From a virus (lineage: Duplodnaviria > Caudoviricetes): a stretch of DNA of 64,000 bases. The number at the start of each line of letters is the position of its first letter. Within the stretch, counting starts at the first letter, position 1. Shown in pieces: positions 8,762-21,400 of the stretch. Position numbers and translations under genes: made by a program. The stretch is taken from positions 1,815-65,814 of the IMG/VR virus record IMGVR_UViG_3300010392_001176; one strand, given 5' to 3'. The notes beneath the pieces are model-generated. The model saw only the letters and a list, made by a program, of their open reading frames with translations. It was not told where the DNA came from and did not search any database.

Positions 8762-9199
8762 ATGCCATTACTAAACCCAAGATTAGGCGGCCCAAGGAAA
8801 ACAGGGCAAGCTGCAAAGCCTACACTTGCCCGTGAAATTGCTCGTAAGAAACCGCTTGGGAAAGTTATTTCACCTACTCAGCACGATCCAAGACAGCAAC
8901 TACAACAGCGAATCAGTCAACTTGGTAAAGGTTTTGTTCCTGGTCCTGGCCGCCCTGCCCCCACTATCCGAACAGGCTTATACATTCCAACGGCGGCTGA
9001 TATTGCAAGCGGTAAATATTCAGGTTCACTCAGTCCAACTGCTAAAGGCACGATAGGCGCAGGCGGTACGCCCACCAAATCAAAAACAGGTGGGGGTATT
9101 AGAGCGCCAGTAAGTCAAGCTCGTAGGCTTTTGCAAACTGGCCGCGCTACTCCAAAAGCTCGTCTTGGTGCTGGAGCTTCGCGCCGCTTTAGCAGATAG
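8762..9199 (+). CDS. Basic low-complexity protein
   Basis: Gly/Pro/Arg/Lys rich; purine-rich RBS. Confidence 0.55.
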   Translation: MPLLNPRLGGPRKTGQAAKPTLAREIARKKPLGKVISPTQHDPRQQLQQRISQLGKGFVPGPGRPAPTIRTGLYIPTAADIASGKYSGSLSPTAKGTIGAGGTPTKSKTGGGIRAPVSQARRLLQTGRATPKARLGAGASRRFSR

Positions 9200-9213
9200 A
9201 AAGGAGAAGGAAA

Positions 9214-9540
9214 ATGGCAGATAAAGAAACTGAAGAATTTCTTCGTACTGGCCGTATGAGTCCACGGCAAAGGGCCAGAATACGCTTGCAGAGTGAAACA
9301 GGTCGAGCAGGCAAAGAGCCCACGGCTGGCGAAGTTCGCGGACTGTTCGGCAAGGGACCAAAAAAAGGGCAAAAGAAACCAAGACGGCCAAAACGACCAG
9401 AGGGCAAGCCCCCACATAGAACATTACCACTTCCCACGGGACCGCAAAGACCAAAGCGTAAACCGCCCAAGCTACCCAAGCGACTAGAAGCCAGTTTCCA
9501 GAAATACAACATAGCGCGAGATTTGCGGAAAAGAGCATAA
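9214..9540 (+). CDS. Basic low-complexity protein
   Basis: AAGGAGAAGGAAA-ATG; Lys/Arg/Pro rich. Confidence 0.6.
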   Translation: MADKETEEFLRTGRMSPRQRARIRLQSETGRAGKEPTAGEVRGLFGKGPKKGQKKPRRPKRPEGKPPHRTLPLPTGPQRPKRKPPKLPKRLEASFQKYNIARDLRKRA

Positions 9541-9959
9541 TGGCTAAAAGAAAAAGAGTGCCGAATATAGATTTGATGAAAGTCGATAAGCGCGGTGAGC
9601 TCTCAGACCAGCAGCGGCGCGGCCTAGCTGAAGCCATTAGCAGCGGCGACATTACAGCCGAAGAAGCATTGAGTCTAAAGGCTACTGGAGAGCTACCAGA
9701 GCGATTTCCAGATAGAGGTAGGGTTATCTCTAGCCCAAAGGATCTTGGCCGGATCTCCGGCAAGCCCACTCAACCAACTGAATTTACAAAGCCCAAGGGT
9801 TTATCAATTGATTTTAGTGGATCGGATTTCTGGTCTGATAAATGGGATTTCAAAAAGAACAAGGGCGAACCAGATCCAGACTTCCAGAAAACCTTGAAAG
9901 AGCTAGGGCCAAATCCGCGTTTTTTTGAAGCTCCACGAAATCGCAAAGGGAGAAAATAA
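9540..9959 (+). CDS. Hypothetical protein
   Basis: TAATG coupling at both ends. Confidence 0.6.
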   Translation: MAKRKRVPNIDLMKVDKRGELSDQQRRGLAEAISSGDITAEEALSLKATGELPERFPDRGRVISSPKDLGRISGKPTQPTEFTKPKGLSIDFSGSDFWSDKWDFKKNKGEPDPDFQKTLKELGPNPRFFEAPRNRKGRK

Positions 9960-10507
9960 TGGCAATGACCATAGATCCAGAAACAGGTAGATTTGTACCC
10001 GTTGGTGGTGGTGGTCAACTGCCAACTGGAAGAACAGGCTCAAGGGATTTAGGCCCATTCGGAATGCGTTATCGTCCAGGTCAAATTGTCCCAATGCAAC
10101 AACAGCCTGCAGGCATACCTAATTTTAATATGTTCGCCCCACCACAAGCCACACCAGCGCAAGTTGATCTTTCTACAGGAATGCCTGCCCTGCGTGGCCC
10201 ATCATTCCTTTCACAAGGCCAACAGCTCCAGCGTGGAGCACGAGCAGGGACACTAGGCGTAAGACAAGGACCAGTATTCGGCGGTAAGCCAGCATTCAGC
10301 CCACTCGCCCGCGCAGCTTTAAGACCAGGAATGTCAACTGCCCAACAGATCAGACAACTTATGGGCGGGCGTTTTGGTAGTCGCCCCTCTATCGCTCCTG
10401 GTGCTCCGTTATCATTCGGCCTGCTTGGGAAACAAGGTCCGGCTTCAGGTGGAAGATTTGGCTTTCAAGGTGGACCATTCGGTAGATTAGGACAAAGGGG
10501 TAGATAA
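9959..10507 (+). CDS. Gly/Gln/Pro/Phe-rich low-complexity protein (possible internal virion protein)
   Basis: Composition resembles 43226-43900. Confidence 0.55.
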   Translation: MAMTIDPETGRFVPVGGGGQLPTGRTGSRDLGPFGMRYRPGQIVPMQQQPAGIPNFNMFAPPQATPAQVDLSTGMPALRGPSFLSQGQQLQRGARAGTLGVRQGPVFGGKPAFSPLARAALRPGMSTAQQIRQLMGGRFGSRPSIAPGAPLSFGLLGKQGPASGGRFGFQGGPFGRLGQRGR

Positions 10508-10746
10508 TGCAGGAATTATGGACTTTCTTAACTCATCCTCTACAGGTTCGCGCTATTTGGTTCGTGTTCTTCGCCTATCTCTGCTTCAAGTTGGGGCGAA
10601 TACTGGAAAATAAGCTCATTTGCGATCACTTTGAGCTTGTTCGTAAGGATATGTACGAAGAGATTTAAAGGGGGTAACAAAAGCAGTTCATTACCCTATT
10701 TAAGCCTTTATTACCCCATTAATTCCCTCATTAAAGGAGATTAGGC

Positions 10747-11166
10747 ATGAGAAACAAAAAATGGCTTTTTGCGGTGCTATTGGTGTTATTTCTGGCGGGC
10801 GTGGCCCTGGCACAGACATGGCACACGGCGAATCAAGCTACCGTTGCCTGGGATGCCGTGACTGTACCAGCCGATAGTACAGTTGAATACGTTGTCTATC
10901 TATCCAATGCGGTCACAGATCCCAATAAGGATAATCCAGCCGAAGTCGCCACAACTACCGACTTAGATCAGCTCATTACTCTTAATGTTGAAGGCTCTTA
11001 CTTTGTCGGCGTTAAATCCAGGCGCATACTAACTGCAGATGGAACCAATGTGGGAGAGAGCGACATTTCTTGGTCGGACGACCCTACGCGAGTGCAGAAC
11101 GGCGAGACTTTCGGATTAAGGTACTTCATCCCGCCCGATGCACCAGGGAATCTCAGACCTGTATAA
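10747..11166 (+). CDS. Secreted fibronectin type III-like protein
   Basis: Signal peptide MRNKKWLFAVLLVLFLAGVALA; TVAWDA, YVVY and PDAPGNL are Fn3-like. Confidence 0.6.
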   Translation: MRNKKWLFAVLLVLFLAGVALAQTWHTANQATVAWDAVTVPADSTVEYVVYLSNAVTDPNKDNPAEVATTTDLDQLITLNVEGSYFVGVKSRRILTADGTNVGESDISWSDDPTRVQNGETFGLRYFIPPDAPGNLRPV

Positions 11167-11191
11167 GATATTGTAAAAGCGATGGTACAGG

Positions 11192-11452
11192 ATGCCGGAA
11201 GCCACACGCATGGAAGTCGAGCTGTCTGTGGCCGATAGGCTCCGGCGAATCCGCAAGATCGTTGAAGCTATACCTGACGGAGATCAAGACAAGGCCGACC
11301 TGATACTGCTCTTCGATGAGCTGGACAAGGCCATTGAGGAAAGGCATCAGTATAAAGGTGCTTTAGATACCTGTAAATGGGCTCTTGAGGTAGCCCTAGA
11401 GAAAATAGAAAGACAAGCCACAACTTTGAAACTCTTGGGACCGCTTCCATAG
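11192..11452 (+). CDS. Coiled-coil hypothetical protein
   Basis: 86-aa helical ORF ending in terminator. Confidence 0.5.
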   Translation: MPEATRMEVELSVADRLRRIRKIVEAIPDGDQDKADLILLFDELDKAIEERHQYKGALDTCKWALEVALEKIERQATTLKLLGPLP

Positions 11453-11467
11453 CGGTCCTTTTTTTTT
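11438..11467 (+). terminator. Intrinsic terminator
   Basis: GGACCGCT-TCCAT-AGCGGTCC followed by T9. Confidence 0.8.
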
Positions 11468-11482
11468 GAAGGGGGGGAGAAC

Positions 11483-12004
11483 GTGACAACGGCACTATAC
11501 AGAATATCGTCCAACGAAGTTGTCAAGATCAGCCTATCAGATCAGATGTGGGATGATCGAGATTCTACTTATTGGGGAGTGCTGACAACGGCATCTTATC
11601 CAGATGGCACTCAGGTTCGCCACATTGACCGTGACTTGCGGGAGTTGGGTTTTGCCAAATTTGCTGATGTTGGCGGAAATACGGTGCGTAACGCTACGCA
11701 GCCGGAAATTGATACCTACGCTCCAGCTCAGACAGATGATGAGAACCAGCAAGACGCTGATGGTGCTGAAATCATCTTCCTGATTAATCCACGATTCAGA
11801 AAACTTATGACCGCGTACAGCGACATTCTCAAGGATGAATTCAATCATGTGCGCGGCTGGATCGCAGATTTCAAAACCGAAGTAGCTGCCGCAGCCAATC
11901 TTGGCGATCTCAAGACGCGGATCGCCGCCATGCCGGATCTTCCTGATCGTACCCTGGCGCAACTCAAAACTGCCATTCAAAATCGCATCAATAAGGACGA
12001 CTAA
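11483..12004 (+). CDS. Putative tail-fibre accessory/structural protein
   Basis: GTG start, GGAG RBS; first gene of operon with the giant protein. Confidence 0.55.
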   Translation: MTTALYRISSNEVVKISLSDQMWDDRDSTYWGVLTTASYPDGTQVRHIDRDLRELGFAKFADVGGNTVRNATQPEIDTYAPAQTDDENQQDADGAEIIFLINPRFRKLMTAYSDILKDEFNHVRGWIADFKTEVAAAANLGDLKTRIAAMPDLPDRTLAQLKTAIQNRINKDD

Positions 12005-12456
12005 TGGGCGTAACTAACCCGAATTACCCGACGATGGAGATCGCCCTGGCTATGGTCAATGCGCCTGATACTGCAGATAACGAGCGCATGAAAATAGGCG
12101 ATATTATTGCCATTCGCAAGCCAGGAACATTCATCGGCACAAAGGAAGGCAAGATATTTCTCTGGCTCCAGATTGATGGACTTGAAGAGAACGCATTCGC
12201 TGTTTTTACTCAGCAAGTCTTTGAGCCTACCGATCCTGCAACTGGCGAAAGATTTGACAAGCGAAGATACTGCGTTCCCCTTGGACGCTTACAGGTTCTA
12301 TATCCAGCCCTGAATCAATCCAGAGCCCGCGATGTCAATGATTTTTATCAACCATTCCTGCTCATTGATAGTGAAGATTTTGAAATAGTTGCTGCAGATC
12401 CAGCATACGATATTAGCGGCCTAGTCTTTGATAAGGCCATAGGAGATTATCTCTAA
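12004..12456 (+). CDS. Hypothetical protein coupled to the giant protein
   Basis: TAATG coupling both ends. Confidence 0.6.
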   Translation: MGVTNPNYPTMEIALAMVNAPDTADNERMKIGDIIAIRKPGTFIGTKEGKIFLWLQIDGLEENAFAVFTQQVFEPTDPATGERFDKRRYCVPLGRLQVLYPALNQSRARDVNDFYQPFLLIDSEDFEIVAADPAYDISGLVFDKAIGDYL

Positions 12457-15400
12457 TGGCCACATCAAGACGCACGGCCACAAATGAGAATATAAGCACC
12501 TATGATAGTGGGGGCGGTCAAGACTACTCAGCCCTTGCTACCTGGGAAGCTGCTACAGATATAGATTTAGTCAGCGCAACTCAGTCTGAGGTCTTAGAGT
12601 GCTACGCTGGTTCTCACGATGATGAAATAGTAATTGATGGCGCGACTACGAATTCTTCGTATTTTAGGATAATTCGCCCTGCTTCCGGCGAAGGGCATGA
12701 TGGCTATCCCCACCAGGACGGATCAGCGGCTTATTTTGTCACGACCACAAGCGACATAGATATGTTCGATGTGGTTGAAGCTAACTGCCAGATTCAAGAC
12801 TTGATAATGAGTCTGGATCAAGATGGCGGCAGTATGTATTGCGCTGCCCTAACAGGTGACAACCAGCATTTAATCGGCTGTTTAGCTATCAATCCGATCA
12901 ACATTGGCAGCGATTCTAAGGGTTTTAGAGAGAATGGTGGTAGTGGCGATACGATGTATTATATCAACTGTATCGCCATAGGCTGTGACGATGCTGCCTT
13001 TCAGTTCGATTCAGGAACAAGCTACGTCTATAACTGCCATGCCATTGATTCAGGTGAAGGATTCAATGAGAGTGGCGGCACAGTCATTTGTAAGAATTGC
13101 CTGGGTAACGGTACTTTCGGATCGAGTGACTTTGATGGATCTTACGATGCTGCGAGTGAATATAACAGTTCCGGCGATGGCACGGCCCCAGGTACAAACA
13201 GCCGGATCAATCAAACCTTCGCCTTCTCGGACGCTGGCAACGATGATTTCCGGTTAGGCTACACCGATGGTGGGGCCAGGAATTTCGGTACGGATCTCAG
13301 CGCAGATGGCAATTTCGCTTTCGACGATGATATTGCCGATGGCGTGATGGGCGCGGGGAAAGCAGGGATCACGCGCCCGCAAGAGACAGTATGGGATATA
13401 GGCTTTCACGAGCGCACGGAAAGTTCATCAAGCTCAAGTTCTTCATCCTGCTCAAGTAGCTTTTCATCCAGTTCCTTCTCATCTTGCTCATCCAGTTTTT
13501 CTAGCTCAAGTTCCTGCTCTAGCTCTTCTTTTTCATCATCATCGTCCAGCTTTTCCTCTTGTTCTTCTTCGAGTTCTTTTAGCTCAAGCTCTTCGAGCCT
13601 AGCTTCATTTTCTTCATCTTCATCCAGTTTTTCCAGTTCTTCTAGTTCCTACTCGCTGCCCTGTGTCAATGATTCAGACCATAAGCTCTTGCTCCCGATG
13701 GATGGCGCTGATGGACACACCTACTTTCAAGATGTGTCTTTAGGCGGCTTTCACGGTGCTGCAACGGTAGTAGGTAACGCAGAAGGTGATACTTCGGAGA
13801 AGAAATGGGGTACTGCTTCACTCTGGTTGCCTTCAACAAGTACCTCTAGCGCCGATGATTATCTCCAATTTGCCGATCATGCAGATTGGGACGTTACTCA
13901 ATATACTAATTTCACCATCCATGCTTGGATTAAATTAGTTAATTATTTTAATCGACAAGAGCCTATTGCTTCTCAGTACGAAGATAGTAGCAACGGATGG
14001 ACAGTTAGACACGCTGGCGGTGCTTCTGATGGACTTTTCTTTTCACTCCGTTCTGGCGGCTCAAATATATTAAGTTTCGGTGCTGATGGTGGGAGCATTA
14101 CTGATGATAGTTGGCATCATGTGGCGCTGTGTAAAGTTGGCTCTGATTGGGGGCTCTATCTCGATGGTCAACAAACGTCTTATGGCTCTGGAAGTCCAAC
14201 ACAGACATTCGCTGCCCCGCTTAGTATAGGTGCATCGCCAACTGGCTTTACTAGCCCATATCAGTTAAATGGCTGGATTGACGAATTTGATATTACACAT
14301 GATAATTGCTTCGGAGCTGCGCCGAATAGCGGAGATACTGATACAATTCCAGTACCGCAAGCTCCATATCAGGTTTCTTACTCTTGCTCATCCTCATGCT
14401 CATCAAGTTCTTCCTTTAGTTCATCGAGTTTTTCATCAAGCTCAAGTTGCAGTAGCTCTTGCTCTTCGAGCTTTTCAAGTTCAAGTTCGTTCAGCTCATC
14501 GTCGTCTTGCAGTTCATCTTTTTCATCGAGTTCATCATGCTCAAGCAGCTCTTTCAGTTCGAGCTCGTGCAGCTCGTCGTTTTCATCATCGTCTTGTTCT
14601 TCCTCTTACTCAAGTTCCAGCTCTTCGTCGAGCTTTTCTTCTTCTAGTTCAAGCTGTAGCTCATCGAGCTTTTCGTCCTCTTGTTCATCGAGTTCTTCAT
14701 TTTCTAGCTCATCATCTTCTTCGCCTTCATGCGTTCCACCTTCCTGGCGGTGGGCTGATGGTTCTCAGCTAATCGTCGGCACGATAAATACTGGCGTTTT
14801 CTGTGATACCCATGCCTGTGATCTTACTGAGTATGTAATCAATGAGATTTCAGGTGTTGGTATTCCAGCTTTCGATCAAAGATTCACCTTTGAAAATGTA
14901 CCGAAAGCAACTCTTGATGTATCCATTACGGGCTACTACAACGGCAATCCCGCTCATAACGTCAAAATAGCGATCTTTAATTACCAAACGCTGTTGTGGG
15001 ATGATATGACAGGCGCAGCCCAGGACTTTCCATCACAAGCTACGCCCTCTAACTATGTATTTCCGCTCTCAGGTGCAGGAACACCGTCTGATTATGTGAG
15101 TGTTGGCAATCAGCTATCAATTAAGATCGACCATCGCTCTAACGGATCAGCCGGACACACATTTCACATGGATTGTGTGCATCTGACCGATACAAGCTCT
15201 TCGAGTAGCAGTAGCTCCTTTTCGTCGAGCTCATCGAGCTTTTCATCAAGCTGCTCGTCCTCTTGCTCTTCAAGTTTTTCGAGTAGTTGCAGCTCATTTT
15301 CATCAAGCTCGTCGAGCTTTTCTTCTTCTAGCTCCTGCTCATCGTCTTTCTCTTCGAGCTGTTCATCAAGTTTTTCGTCGTCGTCGTCTTGTTCCTCTTC

Positions 15401-18400
15401 TTTTTCAAGCAGTTGCAGCTCTTCTTCTTCTAGTTTTTCGAGCAGCAGCAGCTCATACTCGTCGAGTTCATCATGTTCATCGAGTTCATTTTCATCATCA
15501 TCATGTTCTTCGTCTTTTTCATCCTCATCCAGTTCCAGCTTCTCAAGTTCCTCATCTTCATTTTCCTCTTCTTCCTGTTCCTCTTCGTTTTCGAGCAGTT
15601 CATCTTCCTTTTCATCGAGTTCTTCAAGCTCGTCTTTTTCGAGTTCAAGTAGCTCTTTCTCATCTTCATCGAGCTCTTCTTGCAGCTCATCTTCGGCGGT
15701 ATCATTTTCAAGCTCGTCCTCTTCGTCTTGTAGCTCATCATTCTCGTCGAGCTCATCGTCTTTTTCGAGCTCAAGCAGTTCCTTCTCGTCGAGCTGTAGC
15801 AGTTCCAGTTTTTCATCTTCATCTTCATCAAGTAGTTTTTCCAGCTCATCCTCTTGCTCATCGAGCTCTTTTTCTTCTTCAAGTTCTAGCTGTAGTTCAT
15901 CGCTATCATTTTCGAGTTCTTCATCTTCGTCTTGTAGCTCGTCGAGTTTTTCATCCAGCTCATCGAGCTCTTTTAGCTCATCAAGCAGTAGTTTCTCCAG
16001 CTCATCCTGTTCCAGCTCTTTTTCTTCTTCGAGTTCATCTTTCTCATCGAGCTCTAGTTGTTCTTCATCTTTTTCATCTTGCAGTTCATCATCGGCAGTA
16101 TCGTTCTCATCCTCATGCTCTTCCTCTTGCAGCTCGTCTTTCTCTTCCAGCTCATCATCGTTTTCGAGTTGCAGCAGCTCGTTTTCATCGTCCAGCTCTT
16201 TTTCGAGTTCTTCATCCTGCTCAAGTTCTTTCTCATCGTCTTGTAGCAGCAGCTTTTCTTCATCCTCATCGTCTTTTTCTTCCAGTTCGAGCTCATTTTC
16301 ATCTTCGTGCTCAAGCTCGTCTTTCAGCAGCTCATCAAGCTGCAGTAGCTCTTTCTCAAGTTCAAGCTCTTCTTTCTCATCCTCTTGCTCAAGTTGCTCA
16401 TCGAGTTTCAGCAGCTCGTCGAGCTCATTTTCATCTAGCTCGTCCAGCTCATCTTTTTCGAGTTCGAGTTCATCATCTTCTTTCTCTTCTAGTTGCAGCT
16501 CGTCGTCCAGCTTTTCAAGTAGCTCAAGTAGTTCTTTTTCCAGCAGTTCTTTCTCATCGAGCTCGTTTTCATCTTCAAGCTCTTCATTTAGCTCATCGAG
16601 CTCAAGTAGCTCTTTTTCTTCATCTTCTTCTTGTTCGAGTTCTTTCAGCTCGTCGTCCTTCTCGTCCAGCTCATCCTCATTTAGCAGCTCAAGCTGTTCT
16701 AGCTCGTTCTCGTCCTCTTGCTCTTCGAGCTTTTCATCTTCATCTTCGAGCTCTTCATTCAGCTCAAGTAGCTCTTTCTCATCTTCGAGTTCTTCTTTCA
16801 GCTCATCCTGTTCAAGCAGTTCTTTCTCATCCTCATCTTTTAGCTCATCTTCCAGCAGTTTCTCTTCCAGTTGTTCATCGAGCTCTTCATCACTCTGTCT
16901 TAGCGTTTCTTCATCTTCAAGCTGCTCATCTTGCGATTCGGTTTTCTCATCCAGCTCTTGTAGCTCATCCTCTTCAAGTTCGCCTTCGTGTACTACTGAA
17001 AGTGCTTACGGCCCCAATCTGTTCACTACGACTTGGTATGATTACGGCAGGGTGACGGTCAATGAGAACAGCATAGAGCAAGTCCATACTGATGCTAGAA
17101 GATATGCCGGATTTGAATCACGCAAATTCGTTGCTCTATTCAGGCCAGGGGATCAGGATTCACAAGGGATCGAACAGCGATTTGTAATTGGAAATCCAGC
17201 AGCTCCGGCTGTAATAGAACAATATCAATACTCTTTTTGGGTATATCCAGTTAATCGCAATAAGATCAGGACTAGACAGCGTGATGATGAAGGTACAGAG
17301 ATCACGCGCAACTATACTGGACTTATTCCGAATGCCTGGAATCAGATCAGCAGCCTTGTTAATATCCAGACAAATGTTAATGCGAAATTCGCATGGCATT
17401 CAGGAGCGCAAGAATCCGGTACTTGGTACATTGATGAAGCCAGCTTACGCAAAGTTTGGTGTATTGGCTCATCTTGCTCTAGTTCCTGTGACTCAGCCTT
17501 TTCATCTTCGTCTTGTTCTTCGAGTGAATCTTCATTCTCAAGCTCTTGCAGCTCATGGTCGAGCAGTTGTTCCTCATCCTTCTCCAGCTCAAGCTCCTGT
17601 TCTTCTTCATTTTCATCTAGCTCTTCATTTAGTTCTTCGTCTAGCTCTTTCTCATCATCTTCCTGCAGCAGCTCTTTCTCATCATCGAGTTCTTCTTTTT
17701 CCAGCTCATGCAGCAGCTCTTCGTCTTGCGATTCGGCCTTTAGCTCAAGCTGCTCCAGTTCTTGTTTCTCAAGCTCATGCAGCAGCTCTTCTTCTTTTAG
17801 CAGCTCTTCATCTTGCTTCAGCTCATCGTGTTCGAGTTCTTCATCCTGTAACTCGGCTTTCTCTTCTTCTTGTTCCTCTAGCTGCTCATCTTCAAGCTGT
17901 TCATCTTCATCTTCGAGTGAGAGCTTCCAGGTATTGCAAGGCCAGTATTTCTATCCCAATAATGACAAGGGCGGCTGGACTGTTACTCCTGTGGGATCTG
18001 GAACGACTATCGCTAGTCGAGTGGACAACGGCATAAATGGACCTGGACGACTTAATCTTGGTGGTGGGCCGGATGATACTAATGGATTCCAAGGAAGTAA
18101 TGATGCTTTCATTCAATTTAGACTTACAAATCCAGTTTTTCAGGGAGAAGCAATAGAAGTTCGGGCAACTATAAGGGGATTTGCTTTCTCAGCACCACCT
18201 GGACAGGTTGAAGTAGAATTCCTTAGCGATTCCTCTACTTCACATGGAACACGCACGATCAGCACTTTTACTGGTGTGCCTGCCAACTACACGGTAGGAT
18301 GGAGTCTTAATAAGACAGCGGCAGAGCTTACAGATGCACAATTAATAGTTACTTGCCAAGATGATTTCTGGAATGATCGAGTAACTGAGGTTGAGCTTCA

Positions 18401-21400
18401 AGTCATTATTGAAGGCTCATCTTCTAGTTCATCCTCTTGTAGCTCATCTTGTGACTCAGCATTCTCATCGTCCAGCTCTTCATCTTCGCTGAGTTCGGTG
18501 TCGGTAAGCAGCTCTTCTAGCTCCTGCGATTCGGCATTTTCATCTTCGTCTAGTTCATCATCGCAATCCTCTATTTCTTTCTCAGATTCTTCTTCCTGCT
18601 CATCTAGCTCCTGCAGCTCTTCAAGCTCCTGCAATTCTGCCTTCTCATCTTCATCCAGCAGTTCTTGTTTCTCAAGTTCTTGTAGCTCAAGCTGCAGTAG
18701 TTCTTCATTCAGTTCATCTTGTTCTTCAAGCTCTTGTGACTCGGCATTCTCATCCTCATGCTCTTCGTCCTGCAGTAGTTCATTTAGCTGTAGTTCTTCT
18801 AGTTGCTCAAGCTGCTTTAGCTCTAGTTCCTCTTCGTCTTGCAGCAGTTCATTCTCTTCATCTTCAAGCTCATCCTGCGATTCCGCTTTCTCATCTTCAT
18901 GTTCGAGTTCAAGTTCCAGCTTCTCATCGAGCTGTTCATCTTCATTCTCAAGCTCTAGTCCCTCAATATCATTCTCAAGCTGTAGCTCTTGCAGCTCATG
19001 TGATTCGGCCTTTAGCTCATCCAGTTCTTGCTCATCCAGTTTCTCAAGTAGCTGTAGCTCGTCATTCAGTTCAAGCTCTTTTAGTTCAAGCTCATTCTCT
19101 TCAAGCTCATCGAGCTTTAGCAGTTCGTCGAGTTGCTTTAGCTCATCCTCTTCCTTCTCAAGCTCTAGCTCTTCGTTCTCGTCGAGTTCATCCTGCTCCA
19201 GCTCTTTTAGCTCATGCAGCTCTTCCTTCTCGTCGAGTTCGTCTTGCTCAAGCTCTTTTAGTTCTTGCAGCAGCTCATTCTCATCGAGCTCCAGTTCATC
19301 GAGCCAGAGTTCCAGCAGCAGCTTTTCATCCTCAAGCAGTTCTTTCTCCAGCTCATCGTCCTCTTCTTCATGTTCGAGTTCGAGTAGCTTCAGCTCATCT
19401 AGTTCTTCTTTTTCCAGTAGCTCGTCGTCGTCGTTCTCTTCATCTTCGAGCAGCTTTTCTTCATCCAGTTCTTCTTTTTCAAGCAGCTCATCATGCTCAA
19501 GCAGTTCAAGCTCAAGCTCGTTCTCATCGAGCAGTTCTTCCTTTTCGTCGTCGTCGTTCTCTTCATCTTCGAGTTCATCTTTCTCAAGCTCATCCAGCTT
19601 CTCAAGCAGCTCATCTTGCGACACGCTTTGGGAACAGCATTTCTCCAATGATTCAACTGGCTGGCAATGCTACTTCATGTGCCAATGGAGTGGATCTGCG
19701 TGGCAACCGAATACCGTGAACATGGGAATCGAAGTTCATTCCTCTGCTACTTGGCAAGTTGGCTACAGGCCGACCAAGGCCAGAGTAACGATTGCCAATA
19801 TCACAGACACGCCCGTAAGAATTAGTATGTCGGATGCGATGGGATTCCCGCTTGGAGCTACAGTATCAGTCTTTACGCCTGGGACTTACGAGATCCCCCT
19901 TGTTTATTCTAGCGGAACCGATATTGAAAAATGCGATGAGATAAGTTCATCTACTGGCTTTGATCTGACAAATATCGAATTCTTGGTCTGCTCTTCATCA
20001 TCAAGTAGCTGTAGCTCATCAAGTTCCTGCGATTCTGCCTTTAGCTCTTCCTCATCTTCGAGCTGCAGCAGTTCTTTCTCAAGCTCTTCGTTCTCAAGCT
20101 GTAGCTCAAGCTCATGCTCAAGCTCTTTCTCCAGCAGCTCAAGCTGTTCTTCCAGTTTAAGTTCATCAAGTTCCGGCTCTGCAAATTATGGTTGGTTCTC
20201 ATACTTAGACGACGATCATTGGGAGAATGGTGGTGGTATTTTTGCCTGGGATGGCGATTCTTGGGATAGTGGCTCTAGCTCAAATGGCACACTCCTAGTA
20301 AAGTCAGGCTCGACTTGGGCGCAAGGTCTTGTGCCAACTGCTTTCCGCGTGACTTTTAGCGGGCCAGCCGACATTAGTATGGAAGTAAAAGATGCTTCAA
20401 ATGATGATTGGTGGTTCGATGATACTGATGATCTTGTTTCTGGACAAGAGCTTGCGCTTACCGATCCTGGCGAAGATATAGGTCGTATTTGGTTCCACCG
20501 TTTTCTCGGTACTGCGATTGAAATTACCAATATCGAATTCTTCTTGCCCGACCCTGAATCTTCGTCGAGTAGTAGTTCTTGCTCCAGCTCAAGCTCTTTC
20601 TCAAGCTCAAGCTCCAGTTCTTTCTCAAGCAGCTCTTCATCCTTCTCAAGCTCCAGCTCAGAATCATCTTCAAGCAGCTCCTTCTCAAGCTCATCCAGTT
20701 TCTCGTCCTGTAGTTCTTCAAGCTCAAGCTCTTTCAGCTCATCTTCAAGTTCCAGTTCTTTCTCCAGCTCAAGCTCATCGCAATCCAGTTCCAGCTCAAG
20801 CTCCAGCGGAAGTTATGAATTGCAAGGTGAATTCATCGTACCGGATGAAGATGTAGCTTCGTCGGTTGCTACTTTTGGTAGCGGTACTGCAAAATGGGAT
20901 CGGCTGAATGATGGCATTATTAGCGGGACACCGGATGATACGAATGGAATCCTTGGTCTTGACGGTGATTTCCTAACGAGTGGTTTTATCAATCCTTCTT
21001 TTGCTGGAACCTGTTTAGAGATCAAGGTTCATGTACGCGGTAAATCCGATGGCGGCGTACTATCCGATGTTTGGTTCTCGCTATATTCTGATGGAGCAAG
21101 TAGTGATGGCACGAATACGACCAGCTTTCCTACTGGCTCTTTTCAGACTCAGACCTTTACATACAGCATACAAAAGACAGCCGCGCAGCTTACAAATCTG
21201 AGGGTGCTTACGCAGTTTAAGGCTCCAAGTTTTGATGATCGAGTTTCAGAGATCGAAGTTGAGATTGTAAGGACTTCATCTTCGAGTTCATCAAGTAGCT
21301 GTAGCTCTTGCGATTCTGCTTTCTCTTCATCTTCGAGTTTCAGTAGCAGTTCCTTCTCAAGCAGCTCACACTCATCAAGCTCATCTTGCCTTGCTGGACA

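Noticed and set aside
14269-21025. Long E/L/D-rich or K/M/S-rich alternative-frame ORFs inside the giant gene
   Set aside because: Shadow frames of poly-serine codons.
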